Shown here piece by piece: positions 10,421 to 20,407 of a stretch of DNA of 64,000 nucleotides. The stretch covers positions 32,053-96,052 of the forward strand of contig JBOFYV010000007.1 of the NCBI GenBank assembly GCA_051654865.1, written 5' to 3'. This DNA is from Peptostreptococcaceae bacterium. Its GTDB lineage: Bacteria > Bacillota > Clostridia > Peptostreptococcales > Peptostreptococcaceae. A program made the translations under genes and the position numbers. Within the stretch, counting starts at the first letter, position 1, and the number at the start of each line of letters is the position of its first letter. The notes under the pieces are model-generated. The model was not told the origin of the DNA and searched no databases. It saw only the letters and a list, made by a program, of their open reading frames with translations.

Positions 10421-11743
10421 GTGATGATAATGAATAAAATATTTAAATTATCTTGGCCAGTAATGTTAGGAATGATTTTGCAGAGTCTGTTGTCTACTGT
10501 TGATATGGTGTTTATAGGTAAATTAGGTACCTATGAACTAGCAGCAGTTGGAATATCTAACTCTGCTTTAACTGTTGTTTTTGTAATATCAACATTTGTA
10601 TCTGCAGGGGTAGTTGCATTAGTATCTAGATATTATGGTGAAGGTGATTTAGAAAAAGTAAAACAAGTAAGTACCCAAGCATATTTACTATCATTAGTTA
10701 TTGGGGTAGTAGTAAGTATTGTATGCTGTAGTTTTACCAAACCATTTCTTAAAATTTTATTTAACCCAGAACAAAGAACTCTTCAATATGCATATGATTT
10801 TTCTGTTATTGTATTTTCAGGAACGGCCTTAGTGTTTATATCATCAACTCTTAGAACAATAGTACAATCAATAGGGAATACTAAAACTCCCTTATATATT
10901 TTTGGATTAGCAAATGTTTTAAATATTATACTTGATCCAATACTTATATATGGGTTTGATTTAGGGGTGAAAGGTGCTGCTATAGCAACCTTGAGTTCTA
11001 CTATACTTAGCTTTATATTAATGAACATAGTTATAATAAAGAGATTGTACAACAATGATAAACGTTTATTTATTAAATCTCTAAAAATATCTAAGTCAGT
11101 TTCTGTAAGAATACTAAAAATAGGAAGTTGGGCGTGCATTAAAGAGGTTACAAGACCTGTTACAGGAATGCTTATGGTTAGCTTGGTATACCTTGTAGGT
11201 AAAGAAGTTGGAAGTGCTGCGTTTTCAGTAGGTCAACAAATATTCAATTATACATTTATATTTTTAAATGGACTATCTATATCCATATCGATACTAGTAG
11301 GTCAAAATTTAGGGAAAGGTAATATTGACGAATGTTACAAATTAATTAAATCAGGGTTGAAGCTTGCCTTTATAAATATGCTAGTATTTGCAATTCCGTA
11401 TTTTATATTTCCTAAAAATATGATTTCTATATTTTCTACAGACCTAGAAGTTATAAGTGTAGGTTCATCTTATCTTAGAATTACTTATTTAGGCTTATTA
11501 TTTGTAGTTTTCCCCATAATATTAGGAGGTGTATTTCAAGGGTCAGGTGATACTAAGCCACCGATGGTATCATCAATAGTAGCTAATGTAGTATTGAAGC
11601 TACCACTAGCATATTTATTAGCAATAACATTTAAATTAGGCCTTAATGGGGTTTGGATAGCAATTGCTTTATCTGTTTTAATAGAAGCAATAATGATTGT
11701 AAATTATTATAAAAAAGATAAATGGAGGGAAAAATTAATTTGA
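10421..11743 (+). CDS. MATE-family multidrug efflux transporter
   Basis: 440 aa; 12 predicted TM helices; typical MATE N-terminus WPVMLGMILQSL..DMVFIG. Confidence 0.8.
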   Translation: MMIMNKIFKLSWPVMLGMILQSLLSTVDMVFIGKLGTYELAAVGISNSALTVVFVISTFVSAGVVALVSRYYGEGDLEKVKQVSTQAYLLSLVIGVVVSIVCCSFTKPFLKILFNPEQRTLQYAYDFSVIVFSGTALVFISSTLRTIVQSIGNTKTPLYIFGLANVLNIILDPILIYGFDLGVKGAAIATLSSTILSFILMNIVIIKRLYNNDKRLFIKSLKISKSVSVRILKIGSWACIKEVTRPVTGMLMVSLVYLVGKEVGSAAFSVGQQIFNYTFIFLNGLSISISILVGQNLGKGNIDECYKLIKSGLKLAFINMLVFAIPYFIFPKNMISIFSTDLEVISVGSSYLRITYLGLLFVVFPIILGGVFQGSGDTKPPMVSSIVANVVLKLPLAYLLAITFKLGLNGVWIAIALSVLIEAIMIVNYYKKDKWREKLI

Positions 11744-12483
11744 TGCTTTATGAGAGTGAGTTAAATGTTAATATTAAAAAATTACTATATAAAGATTTAA
11801 TAAGCAATTTAAATATTATTGGAATATTAGAAAATCAAGAAAATACAAAAATATATGTTGATGACATAAATTATCCAACAGGAATAGTAGTTAATATAGG
11901 GTATTTGAATTATATGTATACAGAAAATGAAAAATTTACAGATAAGGTTATAGACTATATCTCAAATAATAAAGGTGAGTATGGATTTAGCGGGGTGAAA
12001 AGTGAAATTGCTAAAAAAATACAATCAAGATTTAAAGTGGAATGGAAGAATCCTTGCACATTATATTATTATGATAATAACAAATATATTAGGAGTAGTA
12101 TTAAAGATAATGTATGTAGCTTAAGCGTTGATTATGCAGAAATAGTTAATAATTATTATACTTTTAAAGATGAAGATTCCTTATTTGAAATAAAAGAATC
12201 TATATTAAATAGAGTTAGCAAATGTGTATTTAAAGAAGGTGAATTGGCATCTTGGTTACTGATTCATAAAGATAATTCACTAGGTCCAATGTTTACGAGA
12301 GAAGAATATAGAAAAGAAGGGTATGCAGTAGATATTACGTTAAGTTTGGTTGATGAAATTTTAGATCAAGGTAAGATACCATATTTACAAGTAGAAAAGG
12401 GGAATTATGCATCTGAGAAGTTAGCTGAAAAATGTGGATTTAAACAATATGGAAATTGTGAATGGTTTGGTATCAGAGTATAA
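11743..12483 (+). CDS. GNAT-like acetyltransferase domain protein
   Basis: C-terminal GNAT-like block; ATG 11743 overlaps the MATE stop (TGATG), suggesting translational coupling; ORF track starts at 11722. Confidence 0.45.
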   Translation: MLYESELNVNIKKLLYKDLISNLNIIGILENQENTKIYVDDINYPTGIVVNIGYLNYMYTENEKFTDKVIDYISNNKGEYGFSGVKSEIAKKIQSRFKVEWKNPCTLYYYDNNKYIRSSIKDNVCSLSVDYAEIVNNYYTFKDEDSLFEIKESILNRVSKCVFKEGELASWLLIHKDNSLGPMFTREEYRKEGYAVDITLSLVDEILDQGKIPYLQVEKGNYASEKLAEKCGFKQYGNCEWFGIRV

Positions 12484-12522
12484 ATTATTATATTTATAAT
12501 CGATAAAGTCGTATAATACATA

Positions 12523-12580
12523 AAGTATAATTATAGGAATGTAAAATGTAATTCATAGTCCTATAATTATACTTTTTTAT
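12523..12580 (+). terminator. rho-independent terminator with a 16-bp perfect stem
   Basis: aagtataattatagga ... tcctataattatactt followed by tttttt. Confidence 0.65.
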
Positions 12581-12590
12581 ATATAAAATA

Positions 12591-12619
12591 TTGCTAAAAT
12601 ATGACATAAGTATTATTAT
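12591..12619 (+). promoter_or_regulatory. candidate sigma-A promoter for the RND/TetR operon
   Basis: TTGCTA, 17-nt spacer, TATTAT; about 50 nt upstream of the RND start. Confidence 0.4.
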
Positions 12620-12628
12620 ATTATTACA

Positions 12629-12646
12629 AGACTGACCAGTCGGTTC
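12629..12646 (+). promoter_or_regulatory. GC-rich palindrome, candidate TetR operator
   Basis: GACTG-ac-CAGTC (5-2-5 inverted repeat) just downstream of the predicted -10, in otherwise AT-rich DNA; TetR gene is the next gene after the RND pump. Confidence 0.35.
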
Positions 12647-12668
12647 TAAAAAGCGAAGGGGTGAAATT

Positions 12669-15600
12669 ATGATTTCTAAATTTAGCGTAAAAAGACCATT
12701 TACAGTAGCGGTAGGTGTAATAATGGTACTAATATTAGGTATTGTATCATTTATGAATATGACTACAGACTTATTACCAAGTGTTGATCTACCGTATGTG
12801 ATGGTGAATACAGTGTATCCAGGTGCTAGTCCTGAAAAGGTAGAAGCTACTGTAAGTAAGCCGTTAGAACAGGCACTAGCAACAACTAGTGGGTTAGAAA
12901 ATATAAGTTCTGTATCAAGTGAAAACTCCAGCATGGTTATACTAGAGTTTAATCAAGACGTAAATATGGATTCTGCTATGATTGATGTTAGTGGAAAGAT
13001 AGATATGGTAAAAGGTATGTTTGATGAAGGTGTTCAATCTCCTGTTACAGTAAAGATGAATCCTGATATGATGCCTATAATGATGTTAAGTATTGATATT
13101 GAGGATATGGATATTAAAGAAGTAACAAAGTATGTAAATGATAATATAATGCCTAAATTTGAAAGAATAGAAGGTGTAGCATCTGTAAGTGCAGTAGGTT
13201 TAGTACAAGATCAACTGAAGATTAAACTAGATGAGAAAAAAATCGATGATATAAATAATAAGATACTAGCAAACATAGATGATGAATTATCAATACAGCA
13301 AAATGAATTAAATAAATCTAAAACAGATTTGAGTAAATCAAAACAAGAATTAGATAGTCAAAAGAAAAATCAAACCTCACAAATAGAGAGTGGACTAAAG
13401 GAATTACAAACAGCAAAAAAAGAGTTACAAGCAGCGGTTAATGTAATTGGTTTATCAAAGGGAGAGTTACAAGATAAAATCGATGAAGCTAATATGGCAT
13501 ATGCACAAAACTCATTGCAGCTTAGTACTTTGAAAGAAGCACAACGTAATCTAGTAGAAGGTTCTGAAGAGTACATAAAGCTTCAAGGGCAAATAACTGC
13601 ACTAGAAGAAGTTGATGCTAAAATTAAAGAAGGTATAAGTCAGGCTAAAAAGGGAATAGAAGCTATCGATTCTTTAGCTCAATTAGATGCAAAGGAAAAA
13701 GAGTTATTAACAGGTAAAGTAACTTTAGAAAAAGAGTTAAATAATGCATCAAGTCAAATAACTCAAGGTGAATCTCAATTAAAATCAGCACAAGAACAAT
13801 TAGATAATGCAAAAGAAAGTGCATATAAAAGTGCTAATATAAAAGATAAAATTACTCCTGAAATGATAGGAAATATATTAACGGCTGAGAATTTCTCTAT
13901 GCCAGCAGGATACATTAAAGAAAATGAAACACAATACTCTGTAAAAGTAGGAGAACAATTTGCAACTGTAGAAGAGTTGGAAAATTTACTATTATTTAAT
14001 GTAGATGTCAAAGGAGTAGGAGACATTAAAATTAAAGATGTAGCTAGTGTGGAATTTGTGGATAATTCTTCAGATACATATACAAACGTTAATGGCAATC
14101 CAGGTATAATGCTTACATTCCAAAAATCAAGTGCATATTCAACTGCAAATGTAACTAAGTCTATTAATAAAACTATAAGTAGTTTATCTAATGAAAATGA
14201 TAAAATGCATATTACAACGTTAATGGATCAAGGTGTGTATATAGATTTAATAATAGATAGTGTATTAAGTAACTTAATATATGGAGGAATACTAGCAGTT
14301 ATAGTATTATTACTTTTCCTAAGAAGCTTTAAGACTACAATTGTTGTAGCTTTTAGTATTCCAATAAGTGTGCTATTTGCAATAGTACTTATGTACTTTA
14401 GTGGTATTACATTAAATATAATATCTTTATCAGGTTTAGCACTTGGTGTGGGTATGCTAGTTGATAATAGTATTGTTGTTATTGAAAATATATACAGACT
14501 AAGAAATGAAGGAATGAGTATGGCAAAAGCTGCAGTATATGGTGCTAAACAAGTTGCAGCAGCGATTAGTGCATCAACATTAACTACAATATGTGTATTT
14601 TTACCTATAGTGTTTACTGGTGGTATGACTAAACAATTATTTGTAGATATGGGGCTTACTATAGCATATTCATTGATTGCAAGTTTGGTTGTAGCCTTAA
14701 CCGTAGTTCCAGCTATGAGTTCAAATTTATTAACTAAAGTAGATGAGAAAGAACATATTCTATTTGATAAGTTTGTAAATATATATGAAGTTATATTAAG
14801 AAAAAGCTTAAAACATAAAATAGTTGTAATATTATTTGCAATAGCATTATTAGGATTTAGTGGATATAAAGCAGTAACAATGGGAACAAGCTTTATGCCT
14901 ACAATGGATTCAACGCAGATGACAGCAACATTAACAATGCCAAAAGAAAGTAAAAAAAGTGATACTTATAAAATGAGTGATAAGTTTATTGATACATTGT
15001 TAACTATTGAAGATATAGAAACAGTAGGTGCTATGGAAAGTACTGGAATGATGGGACAAGCAGGAGAAGGAATGTCCTTTTATATAATACTAAAAGAAGA
15101 GAAGAAATTATCAAATATTGAGGTAGAAGATTTAATATATGAAAAAACTAAAGATTTAGAGTGTGAAATAAAAGTAACAGCATCAAATATGGATATGAGT
15201 GCTTTAGGTGGTTCTGGAATACAAATAGAAGTAAAAGGAACTGATCTAGATAAACTTCAGGAAATAGCAAAAGATTTAGCAGCAGTTTTATCTACAGTTG
15301 AAGGCGTTGCAGATGTATCTAATGGTATGGAAGATGCATCGACAGAAACACGTGTAGTAGTAGATAAGAATAAGGCAATGGAATATGGATTGACAGTAGC
15401 TCAAGTATATCAAAAGGTATCTAGTATCATAGAGGAAGAAAAAGAGGCAACAAAAGTTACTATAGAAAATAATGAATATCCAGTTATAGTAGCAAGTGAT
15501 GTTGATATTTCAAGATCAGATTTAAAAAAATATAAAATAAAGGCAACTAAAGGTCAGGAAGAAGTAGAAATAAAGTTATCTGATATAGCATCTATACAAA

Positions 15601-16307
15601 GTGCGAATAGCTTAGCTTCTATAAATAGAGATAATCAATCAAGATACATTACAGTAAGTGCATCAATTGATTCTAAGTTTAATATCGGGCTAGTGAGTAG
15701 AGATGTACAATCAAAGCTAAAAGATTATGAGTTACCATCAGGATATACAATTGAAATGAAAGGTGAAAATGAAACCATTAATAAATCATTTACAGATTTA
15801 TTACTTATGGGAGCATTAGCTATAGTATTCGTATACTTAATAATGGTTGCTCAGTTCCAATCGTTACTATCTCCATTTATAGTAATGTTTACAATACCTT
15901 TAGCATTTACAGGAGGATTACTTGCATTATTAGTGACTAATAATGACTTAAGTGTAATATCATTACTAGGGTTCCTAGTATTATCAGGTGTGGTAGTAAA
16001 TAATGGTATAGTATTTGTTGATTATATTAATCAACTAAGATTAAGTGGAATGAAGAAAAAAGATGCTATAATAGAAACAGGACGTACTCGTATTAGACCT
16101 ATACTTATGACAGCTCTTACAACAATATTAGCAATGTCAACAATGGCGATAGGTGTTGGTATGGGTGCAGAAATGACACAAGGGTTAGCTATAGTGACTA
16201 TTGGAGGGTTATTATATGGAACGGTACTTACATTAGTTGTTATACCAGTTTTATATGATTTATTACATAAAAAAGAATTAAAGCAAATCCTAATAGAGGA
16301 GGAATAA
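12669..16307 (+). CDS. RND-family (AcrB-like) efflux transporter permease with a large coiled-coil insertion in periplasmic loop 1
   Basis: 1212 aa; AcrB-like N-terminus and TM topology with two 6-TM bundles; about 200 extra residues (aa ~185-390) of heptad-like Q/E/K-rich sequence. Confidence 0.8.
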   Translation: MISKFSVKRPFTVAVGVIMVLILGIVSFMNMTTDLLPSVDLPYVMVNTVYPGASPEKVEATVSKPLEQALATTSGLENISSVSSENSSMVILEFNQDVNMDSAMIDVSGKIDMVKGMFDEGVQSPVTVKMNPDMMPIMMLSIDIEDMDIKEVTKYVNDNIMPKFERIEGVASVSAVGLVQDQLKIKLDEKKIDDINNKILANIDDELSIQQNELNKSKTDLSKSKQELDSQKKNQTSQIESGLKELQTAKKELQAAVNVIGLSKGELQDKIDEANMAYAQNSLQLSTLKEAQRNLVEGSEEYIKLQGQITALEEVDAKIKEGISQAKKGIEAIDSLAQLDAKEKELLTGKVTLEKELNNASSQITQGESQLKSAQEQLDNAKESAYKSANIKDKITPEMIGNILTAENFSMPAGYIKENETQYSVKVGEQFATVEELENLLLFNVDVKGVGDIKIKDVASVEFVDNSSDTYTNVNGNPGIMLTFQKSSAYSTANVTKSINKTISSLSNENDKMHITTLMDQGVYIDLIIDSVLSNLIYGGILAVIVLLLFLRSFKTTIVVAFSIPISVLFAIVLMYFSGITLNIISLSGLALGVGMLVDNSIVVIENIYRLRNEGMSMAKAAVYGAKQVAAAISASTLTTICVFLPIVFTGGMTKQLFVDMGLTIAYSLIASLVVALTVVPAMSSNLLTKVDEKEHILFDKFVNIYEVILRKSLKHKIVVILFAIALLGFSGYKAVTMGTSFMPTMDSTQMTATLTMPKESKKSDTYKMSDKFIDTLLTIEDIETVGAMESTGMMGQAGEGMSFYIILKEEKKLSNIEVEDLIYEKTKDLECEIKVTASNMDMSALGGSGIQIEVKGTDLDKLQEIAKDLAAVLSTVEGVADVSNGMEDASTETRVVVDKNKAMEYGLTVAQVYQKVSSIIEEEKEATKVTIENNEYPVIVASDVDISRSDLKKYKIKATKGQEEVEIKLSDIASIQSANSLASINRDNQSRYITVSASIDSKFNIGLVSRDVQSKLKDYELPSGYTIEMKGENETINKSFTDLLLMGALAIVFVYLIMVAQFQSLLSPFIVMFTIPLAFTGGLLALLVTNNDLSVISLLGFLVLSGVVVNNGIVFVDYINQLRLSGMKKKDAIIETGRTRIRPILMTALTTILAMSTMAIGVGMGAEMTQGLAIVTIGGLLYGTVLTLVVIPVLYDLLHKKELKQILIEEE

Positions 16308-16308
16308 A

Positions 16309-16923
16309 ATGAGTTATGAAAATAAGTACTCAAAAAAAGAAATTTTAGTTTTTGAGGGATTTATAAAACTTGTAGATGAAGGCGTTAGTTTAAGTAGTAT
16401 TAAAGTTGCAGATATAGCGAAATCAGCAGGAATAGGTAAAGGCACAGTTTACGAATATTTTAGAAATAAAGAAGAAGTAATAGCAAAATCCATTTTGTAC
16501 AAGATGCACAAGGAATTTGCCAATATGATAATAAAGATAGAAAATGTTGACGGATTTAAAAATAAATGTGATGTTGGATTTCAAGAAATTCTAGAAGTAA
16601 TGACCAGTAGATGTGCATATTTTCAAATGTTAATGACAAGTAGGGAAATACATGATGTATTTAAATGTATAAATCATGGCAAAGATGAAATGATTGAATT
16701 TAGAGATTACGTTGTTGAAATACTTGAACCTATTATTGAATTAGGCATAAAAGAAGGTATAATAAACTATAAACTTGATAAGATTTATATTAGAAGTGTA
16801 TTTGTTAGTGTTTGTAGTGGGATATCAACGATTTCTCGTTTTCAGTTTGGAGAATTTAATCAAAGTGATCTGATAAGACAAAAAGATATTGCGTATACAA
16901 TGTTAATAAAAGCATTAAACTAA
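16309..16923 (+). CDS. TetR/AcrR-family transcriptional regulator
   Basis: 204 aa; N-terminal HTH IADIAKSAGIGKGTVYEYFRNKEEV; start 2 nt after the RND stop. Confidence 0.8.
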   Translation: MSYENKYSKKEILVFEGFIKLVDEGVSLSSIKVADIAKSAGIGKGTVYEYFRNKEEVIAKSILYKMHKEFANMIIKIENVDGFKNKCDVGFQEILEVMTSRCAYFQMLMTSREIHDVFKCINHGKDEMIEFRDYVVEILEPIIELGIKEGIINYKLDKIYIRSVFVSVCSGISTISRFQFGEFNQSDLIRQKDIAYTMLIKALN

Positions 16924-16925
16924 GA

Positions 16926-16955
16926 AAAGCTAGCAAAATTTGCTAGCTTTTTTTG
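16926..16955 (+). terminator. rho-independent terminator
   Basis: aaaagctagcaaa at ttgctagcttttttt. Confidence 0.8.
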
Positions 16956-17179
16956 TGAAAATCGTACAAGCAAAAACGACAAAAAAATACGAAAACAATG
17001 CTATATATAAGGATATTGAATCAAAAAAAGTATTTTCATATTGAAAGAAATGTCGAAAATAAAGAAAAAATAATACGATAAGCTTTATTGAAATACTGTT
17101 ATTTAAAAATACAAAGGAAAGCTACATTCCTTTAGTGAATTATATATATACAGAGATTTTAATAAAGGGGACAAAATAT

Positions 17180-17878
17180 ATGAAATTGAGTAAAAAAATG
17201 GTTAGCTTAATGTGCTTATCTTTAGTGATGATGGGTTTTGGCAAATCATCAACAAGTAACATAATAGATGATTCAAATTTAAGCTCAAAAGTAATTAATA
17301 AGGCTACAGATAATGTAGTCAAAGAAGCATCTATAGAAATTGAAGAAAAAGAATATATAGATGAAGAAAAAGAACGTATAGATATAGAAAATATTGAAGT
17401 CAGATATACAAGAAGTGATATGACAGTACCGAGTAATATAACAAAAGAGGAACTAGAGAACGTATTTGAAAAATACAAAGGTGCATCAACTATGAATCAT
17501 CTTGCAAGTGCATTTGTAGATGCGGAGAAAGCGTACGGAGTAAATGCGTTTGCTATGGCAGGAATAGTAGCATTAGAAAGTGGATTTGCAACATCAAGAA
17601 GAGCAGTGGAAGATAATAATCTAACAGGATATGAAGTATATGCGGATGATTCAAAAGGAAGGTTATTTTCTAGTCAATACGAAAGTATAATGCAAACTGC
17701 AAAGCATTTAGGTAAAAATTATTTAACTGAAGGTGGTCAATACTATAATGGGGTATCTGTAGATGCGGTACAAGTATCATATTGCCCTGATGAAGGTAAA
17801 GGTAAAAATTGGAACGGGAAAGTAGATTCATTAGCTTTAGGTTTTTTTAAAACCTATGAAGAAATTTATAAGAATTAA
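17180..17878 (+). CDS. secreted glucosaminidase-domain protein (mannosyl-glycoprotein endo-beta-N-acetylglucosaminidase-like, LytD/FlgJ type)
   Basis: Signal peptide MKLSKKMVSLMCLSLVMMGFG; ...AFAMAGIVALESGFATS... block of the glucosaminidase domain; RBS aaagggga before ATG 17180. Confidence 0.6.
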   Translation: MKLSKKMVSLMCLSLVMMGFGKSSTSNIIDDSNLSSKVINKATDNVVKEASIEIEEKEYIDEEKERIDIENIEVRYTRSDMTVPSNITKEELENVFEKYKGASTMNHLASAFVDAEKAYGVNAFAMAGIVALESGFATSRRAVEDNNLTGYEVYADDSKGRLFSSQYESIMQTAKHLGKNYLTEGGQYYNGVSVDAVQVSYCPDEGKGKNWNGKVDSLALGFFKTYEEIYKN

Positions 17879-17964
17879 ATAGAAAAAGTTACCTCCTTTT
17901 AAATAGTATTAAAGTCTTAAGATATGGGATATTTATATTATAGATGGCATAATGGAGGTGGGGA

Positions 17965-18381
17965 ATGAAAAAGATTATATTAATTTTAATGATGGCTATA
18001 TTGATAAGTATAGCAATTGAAGATTTGCCAATTAGTGCATTATCAAATGATGATTTAGAAAAAATAATTATACAAGAGTATCAAGGAGAAAATGCAGTTT
18101 TTACAAGTCAAAGAGAAATTAATGAAATAGTAAAAGTGTTAAGAGAAAGTTCTATAGAAATATCTGATATTCAAAACATAAAATTAGAACCTGATTTATA
18201 TATAATTGAGGACTATGAAAATAGAGGAACGTTAACCTTTGGACTAATAAAGGGATCTCAATATATTAAGTGTGATATAGAAGGGGATATATACTGGTAC
18301 AAAGTTCCTATAGAAAAGAAAGATGAAGTATACAAAGCAATAAAAGAAAAATTAAAAACTAATATAGAAGCGAATAAGTAA
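17965..18381 (+). CDS. secreted hypothetical protein
   Basis: N-terminal signal peptide; RBS ggaggtgggg. Confidence 0.5.
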   Translation: MKKIILILMMAILISIAIEDLPISALSNDDLEKIIIQEYQGENAVFTSQREINEIVKVLRESSIEISDIQNIKLEPDLYIIEDYENRGTLTFGLIKGSQYIKCDIEGDIYWYKVPIEKKDEVYKAIKEKLKTNIEANK

Positions 18382-18410
18382 AAGTGTAGATATAATCTAC
18401 ACTTTTTTTG
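18381..18410 (+). terminator. rho-independent terminator
   Basis: aaagtgtaga tataa tctacacttttttt. Confidence 0.75.
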
Positions 18411-18594
18411 AGTATTAAGGCAGCATATTAAATTGAATATTTAGCTAATATACATAAAAATGGATGGTAATGAAAAAAAAAACGTTCAACTTGAAAAAAA
18501 TACGACTCCTCGGAAAATAAAACTAGATATATCAAGGGTTATAATCTTGTAAATTGTTTGATAAAATAAAAAAATGAAATATAAATAAAAAATA

Positions 18595-18623
18595 TTGCAT
18601 TTTTATAGTGATTAACATATACT
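18595..18623 (+). promoter_or_regulatory. candidate sigma-A promoter of the pxp-acc operon
   Basis: TTGCAT, 17-nt spacer, TATACT; about 40 nt upstream of the pxpB start. Confidence 0.45.
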
Positions 18624-18661
18624 TAAAAAAGAAGCATAATTAAAACAAAGGGGGGAGATAT

Positions 18662-19396
18662 ATGAAATATTTGATTGTAGGCGATAGTGCAATTTCAATA
18701 GAATTTGGAAATGAGATAAATAGCCAAATAAACGATAAAATTAAAAATCTTAACTATGTAATTAAAAAAGCTAAAGTAGATGGAATAATTGAAACTGTAC
18801 CATCATTTAAATCATTATTAGTATACTATGATCCTGTAAAGTTATATTTTAGAGAAGTAAAAGAAATACTTATTAATTTGGAGAAAGAAGTTGAAAACAT
18901 AGATGTAATTAATAAGAGAATAATAGAGATCCCCGTATGCTATGATGAAGAGTTTGGAAGTGATATTAGATATGTAATGGAACATACTAAATTATCATAT
19001 GAGGAACTCGTGAGTATACATACTAATCAAGAATATTTAATATATATGCTAGGATTTCTTCCAGGATTTGCATACCTAGGTGGTATGGATAAAAAATTAG
19101 TTACTCCAAGATTAGATAATCCACGAATTAAAATAAATGCAGGGTCAATTGGTATAGGGGGAGAGCAAACAGGTATATATCCAATAGAATCTCCTGGAGG
19201 ATGGAGAATAATTGGAAGGACGCCGATTAAACCATACGATATAAATAGAAAAAATCCAGTGATTTATGAGGTTGGTGATTATATTAGATTTATAGCTATA
19301 AATAAAAATGAATACTACAGAATAAGTGATTTACTTCAAAAAGGAAGTTATGAGTATAGGGTTATAGAAAGGAGTGGGGAAAACTGGGGATATTGA
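18662..19396 (+). CDS. pxpB: 5-oxoprolinase subunit B / KipI-family carboxyltransferase subunit (allophanate hydrolase subunit 1-like)
   Basis: 244 aa; KipI/PxpB-family blocks; strong RBS aaaggggggag. Confidence 0.75.
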   Translation: MKYLIVGDSAISIEFGNEINSQINDKIKNLNYVIKKAKVDGIIETVPSFKSLLVYYDPVKLYFREVKEILINLEKEVENIDVINKRIIEIPVCYDEEFGSDIRYVMEHTKLSYEELVSIHTNQEYLIYMLGFLPGFAYLGGMDKKLVTPRLDNPRIKINAGSIGIGGEQTGIYPIESPGGWRIIGRTPIKPYDINRKNPVIYEVGDYIRFIAINKNEYYRISDLLQKGSYEYRVIERSGENWGY

Positions 19397-20394
19397 TTGT
19401 TGAAGGAGGACTACAAACCACGATACAAGATTTTGGAAGAGTTGGATATCAAGAATTTGGATTTTCTCCATGTGGAGCCTTGGACAAAAAATCCTTAGCC
19501 ATTGCAAATATACTTGTGGGGAATGTAGAAAATGAAGCTGGTATAGAAATAACTTTAATTGGTCCAATAATGAAATTTACTAAATCTAATATAATAGCCA
19601 TAACTGGAGGAAATTTAAATCCAAAGATTAATGGAAAAGAAGTAAAAATGTATAAAGCAGTATTAGTTGAAAAAGGAGATATGCTAAGTTTTACCAATGC
19701 TATAAATGGAGCTAGAGGTTATATATCCTTTGCTGGAGGACTAGATGTTGACTGTGTAATGGGAAGTAAATCAACTAATTTAAAATGTAAGATAGGGGGA
19801 TTAGAAGGAAGAGAATTAAAAAAGAATGATTTTATAGAATTCACATCACCTAAAGATTATCTAGAAAATTTCGCATCAAGAGTAATAAATGTAAATGATA
19901 GAGCTAATAAAACTATTATATTAAGAGTAATACTAGGACCACAAGATGATGCATTTACTAGTGAGGGTTTAAAAACATTTTTAAGTTCAGAATATGAAAT
20001 AACTAAAGAGTTTGATAGAATGGGATGTAGACTAGAAGGTCCTGAAATTGAACATAAAAGTTCTTCAGATATAATTTCAGATGGAATAGCACTGGGGTCA
20101 ATTCAAATTCCTGCCACTAAAAAGCCAATAATAATGTTAAACGATAGACAAACAACTGGAGGATACACAAAGATTGGAACGATAATTTCAGTAGATATTC
20201 AAAAAATTGCACAATGTAAAGTTAAAGATAAGATTAAGTTTGAAAGTGTTGATGTTGAAACTGCACAAAATATATATAGAAAAGAACTAGAAGAGTTAAA
20301 AAAGATAAAAGACGAAATTAATAGACCTTGTATAGAGGTACTAAAGCCAAGAAAAGCATCTAGGAGGATAGAACATTTACTAAGTAAAATTTAG
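19393..20394 (+). CDS. pxpC: 5-oxoprolinase subunit C / KipA-family (allophanate hydrolase subunit 2-like)
   Basis: 333 aa; TTG start overlapping the pxpB stop (TTGA); GLQTTIQDFGR..G N-terminus typical of the family. Confidence 0.75.
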   Translation: MIVEGGLQTTIQDFGRVGYQEFGFSPCGALDKKSLAIANILVGNVENEAGIEITLIGPIMKFTKSNIIAITGGNLNPKINGKEVKMYKAVLVEKGDMLSFTNAINGARGYISFAGGLDVDCVMGSKSTNLKCKIGGLEGRELKKNDFIEFTSPKDYLENFASRVINVNDRANKTIILRVILGPQDDAFTSEGLKTFLSSEYEITKEFDRMGCRLEGPEIEHKSSSDIISDGIALGSIQIPATKKPIIMLNDRQTTGGYTKIGTIISVDIQKIAQCKVKDKIKFESVDVETAQNIYRKELEELKKIKDEINRPCIEVLKPRKASRRIEHLLSKI

Positions 20395-20407
20395 GAGGGA
20401 AATAATA

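Noticed and set aside
12494-12934. 146-aa minus-strand ORF overlapping the promoter and 5' end of the RND gene
   Set aside because: It is antisense to a well-supported gene and to its promoter, low-complexity, and has no RBS. Likely spurious.
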